DNA of 50,640 nt, the filler included, from Dirinaria sp. TL-2023a (Eukaryota): assembly GCA_051941275.1 (NCBI GenBank). It is 3 parts of 3 records of this genome, joined end to end, with 100 filler letters (N's around TTAATTAATTAA, not from the genome) between each part and the next. Parts side by side here need not be neighbours in the genome. Positions count along the whole stretch, not along the records: positions 33,884 to 50,640 come from JAVEBF010000473.1; 2 more parts are not named here. One strand, given 5' to 3'. The position numbers were made by a program, and so were the translations under genes. The notes below the pieces were generated by a model. That model worked only from the letters and a program-made list of their open reading frames with translations, did not search any database and was not told the DNA's origin. Shown here piece by piece: positions 34,193 through 46,900 of the stretch; within the stretch, counting starts at the first letter, position 1; every line of letters begins with the position of its first letter.

Positions 34193-36022
34193 TCATTTCT
34201 CAACATTGTTCTGCTTGGTGCCACGGAACATACCCCAACGCTTCTTCCTTGCCGAAGACGTATCTGTTGCGCTCTGGAAACTACTTGCTTTTGCGGTGTC
34301 GATACCTATTGTGCCGGCGTCGTTGCCCCCTCTTCCCACACGTTCGCTTCTAAAGTCGTCTTTCCCATCGCGACTCCTGTCCTTCGGAGCACTATCGAGG
34401 ACATCGCTGAGATATGCATCTTCGTCGTTCGGGTGGTTCTCTTCCGCCTGCTTCTGAAGCGGCCCAAATTGGCCTTCATCTGCTGTAGGAAGGTCTGGGG
34501 TCCCAATTGGTGCGTATGCCTCGATGTCTCCCTCGGCCATTGCTCGGCGTCGGTTCATGGCGCTACTGACCGCACTCATCAGCAGCCCCATGCTTCCGGA
34601 ACGGGAGCGAGGAAGATTTGATTCTGGATAATCAGCATCGTCTTGGTGGACAGATTGACGTGGATACGTTGGTGTGCGTCCCAAGATCCTGTCTGCCTTC
34701 GACGGAATTGGCGTTGGCCTTCGTGTTGCACTGGCACGCCTCGGTGGACTGGGAGGAGAGGCTCTTCTGGGTGAGCTCGTGCGAAAGCTAGGCGTAGGGA
34801 TTCGAGAAGGAGCGCCACTCCTCGGAGGACTGATCCTTGTACCACGCACCAAAGAAGCGAATTTGGCTGGTGTCGCTGTTGCATTATTGGGTGGCGAAAG
34901 GGAGATGAGCGACGGCGCTGTCGCTGCTTTATTCATACCTCGCTTGGGCATCTTGGATTCTTCCGATGTGCCGACTTTCTGTGGTGAGCGTGCTGCACAG
35001 GTTGGCTTGGTCAGCTTTGGCGCAAAAATTGCCCATTTTGGAGGAGAAATTGTTGAATTCTTTCCGCCACGGACGAAAGTATGCTCTTGTGTGCCAGGTG
35101 AGGATGAAGACGAGGATGTTGTCTGATTCGAAGATATGGTCTTGTTACTACCTTCTGGCGACGTTGAGCGGCCTGGAACTTCATCTGCGTAGATCGAAGC
35201 ATTGGCGCTTTGGGGAGGAGATAGAACACCGATAGTCCTTAGTTGGTCTGCCAAGTCACAGTCAGCCTGCTCTGGAATTCAGTGTGTCGTCTAGGCTACC
35301 CACCCCAAGTACGCATCAAGTAGTGAAACGTGGCGAAAGGCTTGTCTAATGGGTCGATAAGAGCATATTTGTAGAATCCTTGCGGGTCATTCTCTGTCAA
35401 AAAGCCTGCTTTAACTAGACTGCCACACCGTCAGAGGACTAATCAGGCTTAAGGAGAGTGTGACTTGCCTCACGCTACCGATGCTGTTCGCCTTTCGACC
35501 CTTAGTGTCATTCGCAGGATCGGCTAAATGGCGAAGCTCTTCCATCAAAGGTCTGATCCTCTGCCTGGCCTTGGCTCTATAGATCTTGATTTCCATCAGG
35601 TCACCTCGGTCATCTAAGAGAAGATTCTCTTTCTTCTTAGGAGCATTAAAGCAAAGGACCCTCCGTTCAACAGCTGGCTCACCCATGCACTCCTCTCCCG
35701 AGTCATAGAAGGCAAACATGGTCCTGCCACGATAGCCATGCTCTTCATCGCACCCCCAGCTTACCACGCATTTACCCTTCAAGTAGAGCTTGAAGTAGTA
35801 AAGGGCTTTTGGAGGATACGGGGGAGCGATGCTGTATGTTATCCAGAATTGCGAGCCTGGGAAGGTTGGGATATAAACAGAGACTAATGCTCGCTCTTCA
35901 TTGATAAGAGTGGGCGGAGATGAGAAGGGATCATTAGGAGCAGAAGGTGGCGGGTACTCGGGGAGGTTGTAGATGTCATGCTGCGTTACTACAGCGATTG
36001 TAATGCTCCTGTATGTAGGCAT
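34193..36022 (-). CDS. Conserved fungal protein, DUF7918-like beta domain plus disordered Ser/Pro/Arg tail, 3 exons
   Basis: MPTYRSITI...VSVYIPTFPGSQFWITYSI...YYFKLYL; middle exon YALIDPLDKPFATFHYLMRTW then DQLRTIGVL. First intron 35420-35468 is GC-AG. Confidence 0.75.
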
Positions 36023-36713
36023 CTCGGCAGCACCGCTAAGACGGTCAAGCAGTGTACTTGGTGAATGTGATGAAAGAGTGTGGCACCTGAATGGTGACGA
36101 GACACATACAGTACCATCCACAAGTAGCTCCTCGGCCAATGAAGATCTGTCGCTAGGTTCTGGTTCTTTTGTTTAATCCTTTGGTGCTAGAAACAGCAAC
36201 ATCAGCATCTGTGAGCGCTGATGCAAGTATCGTGTACTTAGGTATGTTGTGCACACATAATTACGTCAAGTGCAAAACGCGTAGAGGGCGAGTAATATAA
36301 CGAGATGAATGATTACTTTTGGATAGATCATTTACGCACGTCTCTTTTCAATCTTCCGCGTGCCTGAATAGGCTCATAGCTAGGGGTAGGCAACCCTTTA
36401 CAGTAAGGAAGATCCACTCCAATACTCATTGCCAGTGAAGCACGTGGCAGTCCACGTAAGTGTTATAAAAGATGTCTTACGCTTCGTGGAGAAATCTCCG
36501 TCTGATGATACATCCACCATGGTGTTCCCGCGGAATCTTGCAATTGATCTGAGCAGGCTACCGAGATCCTCTTCTCATCGCCTATGAAGTCCTTGGGCGA
36601 GCTATTTGCGAAAGGTAAGTCAGGAGGTTTACCCGCAATAATTCCTACAGCATTTTGCTAAAGGCCTTGGTGGTTTCATCCAATCGACTGCTCAATCCAA
36701 TTGGCCGCCAAGC

Positions 36714-37283
36714 TCATCCAAGCTCGCTGTTTTCATTGACTGTCTCTACAGGACCTCCGCTCAAGATGCGAACAACATCGTTCTCAAGTTCTGGCATTGC
36801 TGTCCTTATCTCTTCACTAAGAACATCCCTAAAACTCGCAAAGGCCTCGCTTTTGCCTTTCAGCTCTTGGTTCCCTCGCTGGACTAGCTCCACAAACTCT
36901 CTCGTGTAGATATCAGGATTACGACCTTCGTCCACGTACTCAATAATCTCCGGAGGTATTTGGGTCGTAATAGCCGAGGATGACCTTGCGAGATCTGCAA
37001 GCGATGTGGATAGTTGTGTACTTGTCGCACAACCACGATCTTAGTCAAATTCTTCCATGGGTATCTGCAATTACTCAATGATTATACACACACTTTGTGA
37101 ACAAGCTCATCGCGAGACTCAGGCCCAAGATAGCTGTGAACTGTGGACTGAATCTCGAACAGGTCCTGAATCACATCTTTGATACGATCTGGGTTCAATC
37201 AGATTAGCAGCGTAGTGCATAGGGTACCCTGGCGACAAATAGAGTATAATACCTTCTACATTTTCAAGGGGGATGGGGGCCAT
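36714..37283 (-). CDS. NUT2: Mediator subunit 10, 3 exons
   Basis: MAPIPLENVE|DRIKDVIQDLFEIQ...|IPPEIIEYVDEGRNPDIYTREFVE. Confidence 0.92.
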
Positions 37284-37668
37284 GATTTCCCTTCTGCATG
37301 CGAAACTCGCCCGAAGCAAGTTTTCAAAGCGCAACAGCAAGAATTTGGGACCCGACTTTACCTGCGCTTTGTGGTGTCACTAGATAAGGTAGAGTCCCCA
37401 GGGATACTCTCGCGAGTCTACTCCGTAGGAAGCTTCAACTAGAAACGATTCCCGAGATTTAGCCATAAGGTAGGTTTTACCGAGAATCTCAGAATCGCGA
37501 GCCTGCTTCAATCCATGGCATACTTTATACACGAAATATGGACCTGACTCTTGAATCATACACGCTACCATATTGACGCCAATCAATACAGCGCAAAATC
37601 CTGTTCCTTCATGATTGCCCGGTAACCAAGTGCTCGATGTGCTGCTGCCAGCACACCACGGTTGCTCC

Positions 37669-40600
37669 ATGACTACAACATTCGGTCCTGGTTACTCTAG
37701 ACCTGTAGCCTACAATGCAGCAGCTGCAAGTATTCCGGGGGTCACTGCAGTACCCTCGGGTACATTTGCACCGGGTACGAAGGTCCAGGTTGGCGGACAT
37801 CGCGTGGTGATTGAGAAATATCTTTCGGAAGGCGGCTTCGCCCATGTATACGTTGTTCGACTACCGAAACCTGTGAAGGGGGAAGACACTGCCGTTCTGA
37901 AGCGTGTTGCTGTGCCCGACAAAGAGACATTGGCCAGTATGAGGACGGAAGTCGAGACTATGCAAAAATTAAAAGGACATAGGCACATAGTTACTTATAT
38001 TGATTCGCATGCCTCTCAATTGAAAGGAGGAGGGTACGAAGTCTTCCTACTCATGGAGTACTGCAACGGTGGAGGATTGATTGATTTCATGAACACCCGT
38101 CTTCAGAATCGACTCACTGAGCCTGAAATCCTAAAGATATTCTCCGATGTCGCTCAAGGTGTTGCCTGCATGCATTACCTCAAACCTCCGTTGTTGCACA
38201 GGGATCTCAAGGTCGAGAATGTTTTGATCTCGAGCTCGGGCTCATCGAAACTCTACAAGCTTTGCGACTTTGGATCAGCTGCTCCCCCAAGGCCTGCCGC
38301 AACAAGCGCTCACGAAGGCAGGCTAATTGAAGAAGATATTCAAAAACATACGACCCTACAATACCGTAGTCCAGAAATGATAGACGTCTACAGGAGACAC
38401 CCTATTGATGAGAAAAGCGACATCTGGGCTCTGGGGGTCCTGCTATACAAGCTCTGCTATTACAAAACACCATTTGAAGAGCAGGGACAGATGGCGATAC
38501 TGAATGCGAGCTTCAAGTATCCCGGTTACCCGTCTTTTTCGGATAGGGTAAAAAAGCTCATTGGTACGATCAAAAAAGCATTATCTATCTTACGATCCGC
38601 TGAACCGTTCTAGCATCGATGTTGCGCGAAAATCCACAACATAGACCAAACATCTATCAAGTCATACGTGAAGTATGTCTGATGCGTGGCACCGAGGTAC
38701 CTGTCAAAGATGTATGAGTGCTGAACATATTACTTTCCTGAGGCTAATAGAGATAGATATATGCTGGGCGAACTCAGTCCGAGGCTCGACGTAATCAGCA
38801 TTTGCCATCTGGCAAACCGGATATTGCATCCCCACCAGCATTAGGGGCTTATCGAGCCCCAGTTGTGCAAGAAACGCCTGAAATTCCCGATATAGTGCCA
38901 ATGCGGCGCGGAAGACCTTCAAAGAATGAACCAACGACTAACAATTCGAGGCCGAGTCCGTCGCCCTTGAGAAGCACTGCCAATGACCCCTTTACAGCGC
39001 TAGATACACCACAACAAGCTTCCCAAAGCCAGGTATCCATTGAGGAGATTTCCAATAGATTTCCTCCCCTTGATCAGTTCTCCCTACTCCACGACTCAGG
39101 TAGCAGATTTGCATTCGATCCTCAGGCGAAAATATCATCAAGTGCTCCATCAGACATCAGCCAGCGAGTTACAAATGCACTGGCTGATGAAGCCTTTGGC
39201 CATTCAGCCCCTAAATATAAGACTCAAGAAGCCCCAGCACTTGAAAGCGAAGCAAAGCGATCCGAAACCGGAGCGATCGATAGCAGTCGTGAATTCACAA
39301 ATACGATATCTACATCAAAAGTCGACAGTCCCAAACCATCAATGGTCTCTACTGGAACAATGACGTCGCCACTGCCTCCTGATAGCTCAGCGCCTACTAC
39401 TCACAACACGCCGCAGCCGATATTCAGATTCCCTCCTTCCCATGCTCATAGGTCGTCAAGCCAGCCGCGAGCATCGGACGGTTCTCTAATGGCTGGAACA
39501 CAGTCACAACCTAGTACAACCCGGACTAGACCTGGACTTCTCGAGCACCGATCAAAATCCCAGGTGGATTCGCTTGACGTTCCGAGATCACCAGCTTCAT
39601 CCCGACCATCCCTTGAGGGACAGAGGCCATCGGCCTTCGAGCTAGACACCAGCATCAACAGGTCTAAATCGGCAACTTTTCGTACCAGACCCGTAAGCGA
39701 GCAACTTAACCCAAGGCTAGGAATTGTTGGACACAGCCGCAAGCCTTCGGCTGAACCAGCGTCGGCAGCTGAGCAGCGCCCGAAGTTCGATACCTTGGAA
39801 AAGCTGCCGCGTGCGGTCGTTGGTGGATCCGATAGTGAGGAGCTTGAGAAAATAGACTCTAATGTTGATTTCTTGAAGGCTATGGAAGAGGAAGAACCAT
39901 CAAGGAGGAAGGAGAAGCGCTCAAGCAGCGGCTCTAAACATGCGAAGCGGGCTAGCATGCCGTCAATATCGCTGTCAGGTACCAAGAATCTCCTTACTGG
40001 TCGATTTGGTGAAGCTTTTCGCCGTTTCGAGACAAACTCCAACGGCGCTGGTGCACGCTCTCCGAGCTCGTCCCCCGATCGAGGCTTGAGAGAGCTGACA
40101 CCTATTGCTGGTTCTGAGGCCACGGATGGCAGGAGTGACGATGGTCAAGGCCTTGAAGAGACCGAGGAGGTTCCGCCCGAAGTTCGACGTGAACTGGAGA
40201 GACGGCGGCTTTCACAAGAAGAAAAGCGGGTAGCCGATGCTGCTGCTGCCTACCGCCAAAGGATAGTCCAGAGAGGAACTGGTAGTAGAGGACCTCCAGC
40301 AAGTGGACCGGCGAATAATCGAGCGACATCTATACAGAATAAGGTCAAGTCCCTTCTTGATGAGTCAGGAAGGTCGTCGCCCACGAGTAATGTCAAGGGG
40401 TACAGCCGATTTAACCAGTCTCCGGAAGGTCATCAATCTAGTCTATCAGGTTCCAAACCCTCCTCTCCATCAAGCAATCGGCCGCTCCCTGCGGGCACAC
40501 CGTCGAGCATTGAGGCCTCCCATGCCGTTGCAAACCCTGTTTCCACTTTAAAAGACCCTCAGAGCGCCAGTCGGTTCACAAACGTGACCGTGTCCTTGCC

Positions 40601-40874
40601 TGAACGCCCTTCCACACGGCCAAATGCGCCACCAAAACCGCAAGCATTACGTACAGGTGCGCGAGAAGAACAGCGTCCGACATCTCCGGCCAAACCGCCG
40701 AGTCTAGCTCGAAAAGTCTTTTCGCAGCCCCCTGGGGAACTAGTACCACCAGTTGATGATGATGACTGGGAAGCTAGATTTAGTAAGAAATATCCGAGTC
40801 TGGCGGGCATGGAGATGGTCGAGACAGAGATCGACAAGAGTACTCCTGCAGGCTTACGGGTCAATGATGCTTGA
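37669..40874 (+). CDS. ARK1: NAK-family Ser/Thr kinase (Ark1/Prk1), 3 exons
   Basis: YLSEGGFAHVY, AVLKRV, HRDLKVEN, CDFGSA, TTLQYRSPEMID, followed by a long Ser/Pro-rich tail. Introns about 38564-38613 and 38712-38757. Confidence 0.92.
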
Positions 40875-43109
40875 TAGTTCTAGTTCAACGCTAGTCGTAC
40901 TGACATCTCTTACTTTTGAATGTTTTTCTGTTATAAACAAACCAATCAGATCTGGTGGTAGGGCATGAATATTTTCTCTTGTACCTTATCTTACCTACTA
41001 AATCATATCGTCACCAGACCTATCTACCTTACCCATGTGAGAGACTGTTTCTAGGGTTAATTCGGCCTCCAGGCGCAAGTCAAGCTCAGGTTTACCTAAG
41101 GTACTGTAAGGTATCGATTGATTCTTTCCCCTTTCCTGTTCATGGTCCTGAACACGCTTTTACGATCTGTCTTTTGCACCGGTCAAATTTTCCACCGCCC
41201 TTCCAAAGATATGTCTTTCTGTTTTTTATTACTTGCTCGTTTGTTTTAGGAAGCGCTCCAAACGAGCACCCTGCGAGTGTAAAGCATGAGTGTATCCAAG
41301 ATTTATATCTCCATTTACAAGAGCCCACATTCACGACTGATCATGCTCCATACTCCAGTCAGGAAACATCTTCGCTCTACATCCAAAGAATGCATTTCGA
41401 AGACTTGCTTCACCCCGTCTTATGCACTCTCCTAAGGTACTTACTATTTGCGCTGGCTTTGTTCTTCGTGAGTACTCGTCTATTTGTCCAATTGCAAAAC
41501 ATGATCCTAGAGAAGTTCCTGCGATCCCCCAGCTAATCACATATATCGGTCATTTCGTTGGCTTGATTGGCTATGGAATCGAGTATTGTGCGCATGTCAC
41601 GTAGACGTCGCTTTTTTTCTGCTTTTTGAAAGAGTACGTACCACAATTGATGACTTTGGTATGAAATAACTGTTAGGTATCTTCACATTATACATGCTAC
41701 GAGGCAATATTTAGGCCGTCAACTCTATCGACCTCGTCAGCTCAGCACAGCGCAACTACAAGACTCTTTCTCTTGCACTATTCGTCGCGACTTTTCCTCA
41801 AATGGCTGCGTTCGCCAAGCGCAGTCGCATCCCAGATTGTGAATGTTCGAAGAAGAGGGTTTCGATCTTTACAAGCGGTCCTTCGTATTTCATCTGATCA
41901 TTTTGCACCATTCTCCAGTATTATATAGATACCGGAGACGTTATTGGGACGCCATGATACACAAGGTAAGAGCGTATTAAGGGACGCGCGCCAAATGAGA
42001 ATACGCAGAGATACGGTGGAAACGAAGAGGTAACTTCAAGAGCGCTGTAAGACGAAATTAAGGAATGGTGAGGAATCTTAAGGTTATCGTATGAAGATTC
42101 AAGTTGTCGAATAGGTCAGTGATTACGCGGAGGACAGAGTAGGGGGGAAAAAAGGTTGAGAAACCTCTGAAGCAAAACAGTCATTCCATGGAAACTCAAA
42201 AAATTGGCAAAAAACCGCGAAGCCATGGAGGATCAATTGGGGGGATTGTCTCTTGATGAATAGGGTTTTTGTGTTGCATGGGAGCATTTGAGTATATAAG
42301 TAAGCATGGAAGGTTTCTATGATGCACTTCTCGACTTGAATCCCTTCACTGAAGACGCGGTCCACATCGTTATTGACGTAAAGCCGTGGAGAAAGGTGTT
42401 TTAAATTTGAGGCCACGTATCATCGCAACTTAATCTTCGCGGTCATTGACTCGTACCTGGACTCATCGAGAGAATCTGTGTAAGAGGACACATTGCTTTG
42501 GAAGATCACCTGACGGTCTGTGTAGGAGAAGCAGTGGGTAAATAGGATAGATAGTCATATCTCAATCTGACGGTGTGGCTTTGATGGGTCCGCACAGAGT
42601 GCAGCTGATATACCGCAATCGAGAAACGGTATCGACGCGACGAGACAATCTCCCAAGGTTTGCAGCTGTGGTTCCTGGTGCGGTGGGGTTTGTGGTGGCG
42701 TCATCTTCTATATCGATTTGCATGAATCCCCATACATCGATCACTCCTAATTCAGTGTACCTTGCTACGGAACCTGATGACCGAGGCAGCCCTCTTGCAT
42801 ACCAGGAATGGTTATCTCATCTCTCATGCATTCGTTGCTTCTCAGAGACGGTAGTAGGGGCTAAGGAAAGCTTTTGATCATTTTGCCCTGCTGTAGGAAG
42901 TGAAAAAGCTCAAGCCCACTTTCATCTACAGTGCATCTTTGCAAAAAATGGAGATGTTGGATTACAAATTGCGCTACTCTGTGTACATAGTGAAGGTCAT
43001 AAATTAGCAATAAGACTTACACTTAAGGTAAGTCTCTGTGCTTCTTAGGGTACGGCCAACATGAATGTGGACCGCCTGGTAAGTTCCTTGACCACGTGAT
43101 CTATGCGCG

Positions 43110-43134
43110 CTCTCTCTCTCTCTCTCTCTCTCTC
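43110..43134. repeat. (CT)n microsatellite
   Basis: Direct reading of the sequence. Confidence 0.95.
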
Positions 43135-43383
43135 ATTCTGTCTGATCCTCAGCATCAAGCCGAAGCCCGGTCAAAGCAATCATTGCGATCAAACACGATC
43201 ACACAAGGCTGCAAGGTGTCTAAACCCGGCCTCGATCTATCTACCTTGGGTACCGCTATTTGTCAGGAGGCATGATGAGGAGGGTCGAAGGATAGGGATT
43301 TCGTGTCGGCACTATAGACATTTGACTAATGTAGCATATGATGAGGAGGTGCATTGAGTGGTGATGGAGCAACATGAGGAAAT

Positions 43384-43417
43384 ATGCAGCAAATGCAGCA
43401 AATGCAGCAAATGCAGC
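43384..43417. repeat. (ATGCAGCAA) x about 3.8 tandem repeat
   Basis: Direct reading of the sequence. Confidence 0.9.
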
Positions 43418-43909
43418 CCCTGAAACGGATGGAGTGGAAGCCTTGGCTGATCGGGCCCGCTTGCCGGATTAAGCGAACCATTTAGCGTGGAAAGTGGCCT
43501 TGTCGGTGGCATATAAGCAACGCGCTTACCCTCCCAGAGTCCCAAATTTTTCCTGAGACCGCAGAGACCCCTCCTTCCATCACCGTGTTCCAAAACACAA
43601 CTATGCGCCAGTAATGCACGCCCAGCCTTCCCATCCAAGACCCTCCCACTAGGCCAAACCCCATACCCGGATCCGTGTGGCGATCTTGGATGACTGAGTC
43701 TGCGAGGGTGAGGGTGATGGTGATGATACCGTGAAGGACATTTAATATTACTGTTGCTTTTTTCCCCCCAGCATCATCAATCTTACTCCGAGGTTCACTC
43801 GTCCTCGGTGCGCCTCAAATCCCCCACATCTCTCTACATTAGGCAGCAATTCCCTCCATGAATGAACGATGAAAGAGTCGAACGTAACCGACGACACTGA
43901 TTGGAAGAT

Positions 43910-46900
43910 ATGACTTCAAGGTGAGTACAAGAATTACCCCTGCTGAATGCCAATCAATGATTGAGTGGAAAATTGGGAATAGTCGGAGACAGTTGGTGCT
44001 AACGATCACGTGATAGGCTTGACCGCTTAGTAAAGTAGGCTCCCCCTTAGTCCAGCCAATCACGCACACCTGGTCAGCTGACTTTGCCCCAGGCTCCTGG
44101 AAACAGGAAGTACACCCCTGATCAGGAACACTGCAGCTCAACAACTTGGCGACATCCAGAAGCAGCACCCTGATGAGATCTTTCATCTGCTCAACAAGGT
44201 CATTCCTTTTCTAAAGTCCAAGTCTTGGGAGACCCGTTCCGCTGCTGCCAGAGCGATTGGAGGCATAGTCGAGAATGCAAGCAGATTCGATCCCAATGAC
44301 GATGATCATGAGATCAAGTCAGACCAGGATGGACCAGAACTCAAGAATGGGGATCAAACCCCGCCTTCGGTGGAAGAGCTGCTTCAGCTGGATCAGTTGG
44401 ATATTCCAGCCATTCTGGCCAACGGCAAGAAGCTTCTTGCGAGTGGCACCAAAGAGAGTGAATATGTACTTGCTTCGCTAGACCCGCTAGACCGTTTAAC
44501 GCTGCAAAAGAAAACACTGCGTTCGAGATTAGGCCTCAATGGTAAATGCGTGGAAGACGAGAGCATTGCAGATGCCATAGCGACCGCTGGCCTGACGCCT
44601 GCCTTGCCTACTGTTGATACCTCGGCAAGCGGCGTCTCCGGTCAGGATGCTGCGCAGTCTCCTTCACCGTATACAGCGTCTTCGCCTCGTGGGTCATTCT
44701 CCCACACTCCGACTGAGGACTCGGGAATGAGCAAGCGCCAGCTGAACCAGCTAAAACGCAAAAACAAGCTCAACGCCAAGTTTCAAGCGAGTAAAGTCCG
44801 TGTGGTCGATTTGTCCGGCCGAAAACAGAGTACCGATGTCTCGAATAGTTCTACGGCGCCCGATCCGGCAGCCATCAAAACTGACATCAAGTCCGAATTC
44901 GAGAGCGATGGCAAACCCGATGTGTTCTCTCTGGATCGGGAGAACGTGGATGAGGACGCCAAAATCGTTTCGGACTACAAAGGGGCGCCGGTGCCAGCCA
45001 AACCATTGATCCAGACCGAAGCTGAGGAAGAGGGCGTATCATGGCCATTCGAACTGCTCTGCGACTTCCTCAAAGTCGATCTCTTCGATCCCAATTGGGA
45101 GATACGTCACGGTGCTGCAATGGGTTTGAGAGAAGTCATTCGCGTACACGGCGCAGGTGCTGGCAGGGAGTACGGCAAAAGTCGAGCGACTAATGACGAA
45201 TTAAACAGCCGCTGGCTTGATGATCTAGCTTGCCGTCTCTGCGGCGTCTTCATGCTCGACCGTTTCGGTGATTACACCTCTGATACGGTCGTGGCTCCTA
45301 TTCGCGAAACAGTGGGTCAGACGCTCGGTGCGCTGCTAACTCATATGGCACCGTCTCTGGTTCATTCCGCTTACCATATCTTGTATCGAATGGTTATGCA
45401 AGAGGACCTGAAGCTGTCGGAGCGTATCTGGCAAGTGTGCCATGGTGGTATGACAGGTCTCAAATATCTGGTTGCCGTCCGAAACGACCTACTTGTGAAT
45501 GACAGCAAACTGATCGATGGCGTCGTTGAAGCGGTCATGATGGGTCTTGCTGACTCTGATGACGATGTCCGTGCCGTTAGTGCGGCTACTCTTACGCCGA
45601 TTGCACAAGAATTTGTGGCTCTTCGTCCGGCTTCGCTCGAAGAACTGATGAATATCGTATGGGATTGCCTGGCTGACCTACGGGATGACCTTAGTGCAAG
45701 TACTGGCTCAATCATGGATCTCCTTGCGCGGCTTTGCAGCTTCCCCGAAGTCCTTGTCGCAATGCAATCGAATGCGGCAAAAGATTCCGAGCATTCTTTT
45801 ACTCAATTGGTTCCCAGATTATTCCCGTTCCTACGTCACACCATCACCAATGTTCGCATTGCTGTGCTTCGGGCGCTGCAGACATTCCTGAACATTGGAG
45901 ACGCGAATACCAAAGGCTGGGTCGATGGAAAAATTCTACGTCTCGTATACCAGAACCTCCTGGTCGAGCGAAATGGCCCAACGCTCGATTTGTCGCTCGA
46001 AGTATGGCATACACTTTCTAACGCCCTCCTTGATCAAGACATACAGAAGTTTGCATCCGAGTTCATCGTGATCTCACACGATCTGTTCTGCCTGGCAATA
46101 CAGCCAATAGGGACTACTCGAAATTCAATCCCCATGGATACTTCTCACCTCATGAGACCTTCGGGTCAGATGTATGCCCCTCCTGCTGTGGCTCCTAGCA
46201 GAGCCTCTCCGGGCCTCAACGGCGAACCTCCTCCAAAAAGACGGAGGCGGTCAGACAGAAAGGACGAGGCCCCTTCTTTGGTCCACAGCATAGATACACC
46301 TATGATACAAGGGGATGTGGACCTAGTAGGGATGGATGTTCTCATCAAATCCAGAATATTCGCAGCCAAGGCGTTCGGCAATGCTCTCAGTAAATGCCCA
46401 CCTGGCCCTCAGAAAGATCAGATCGTGGAAGACATTGCCGTTGAATTGAGCTCTCCACATTCTTCAACGCAACTAGCCGCCGGTGTCATCTTCGAAGAAT
46501 ATGCGCGAACAACATCGACGAAAGCGGAAGTCGATACAAGGGCCAGCGCGCGGTTGCAGTCTATGCTGGATGATGAAAGACCAGAAGGCTATCAAGATCT
46601 TCTGCCTTACCTTCGAGTCATACGGTCTCAGTGCCACTCACTGCTCCATGCATTCCGAGATCACGCGCATGTTCCTCAAACAAAGCTTCCGTCCATTGCT
46701 GTTGTTGTCCAAGGTGACACAGGCGCTGGCCCTTCAGCTTTTTCTGTCGCCAATGCTGATGCCATCATTGGGCCAGAGTTTGATCGACTAAAGAGGTCCC
46801 TCACCCCTGCACAGCGTCTAACATCAACGAAGCAACTGGAGGATGCAAGAAACCATGCCAAAACAGCCATTGAGGAAGCGAAGAGAGTCAAGGATGAACG

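Noticed and set aside
40955..41536. 193 aa ORF downstream of ARK1
   Set aside because: GTG start, T-rich 3'UTR-like composition, no recognisable motif
42330..42380. DVDRVFSEG resembling a hAT transposase dimerisation motif
   Set aside because: Short match only; surrounding conserved residues, TIRs and 8-bp TSD not found
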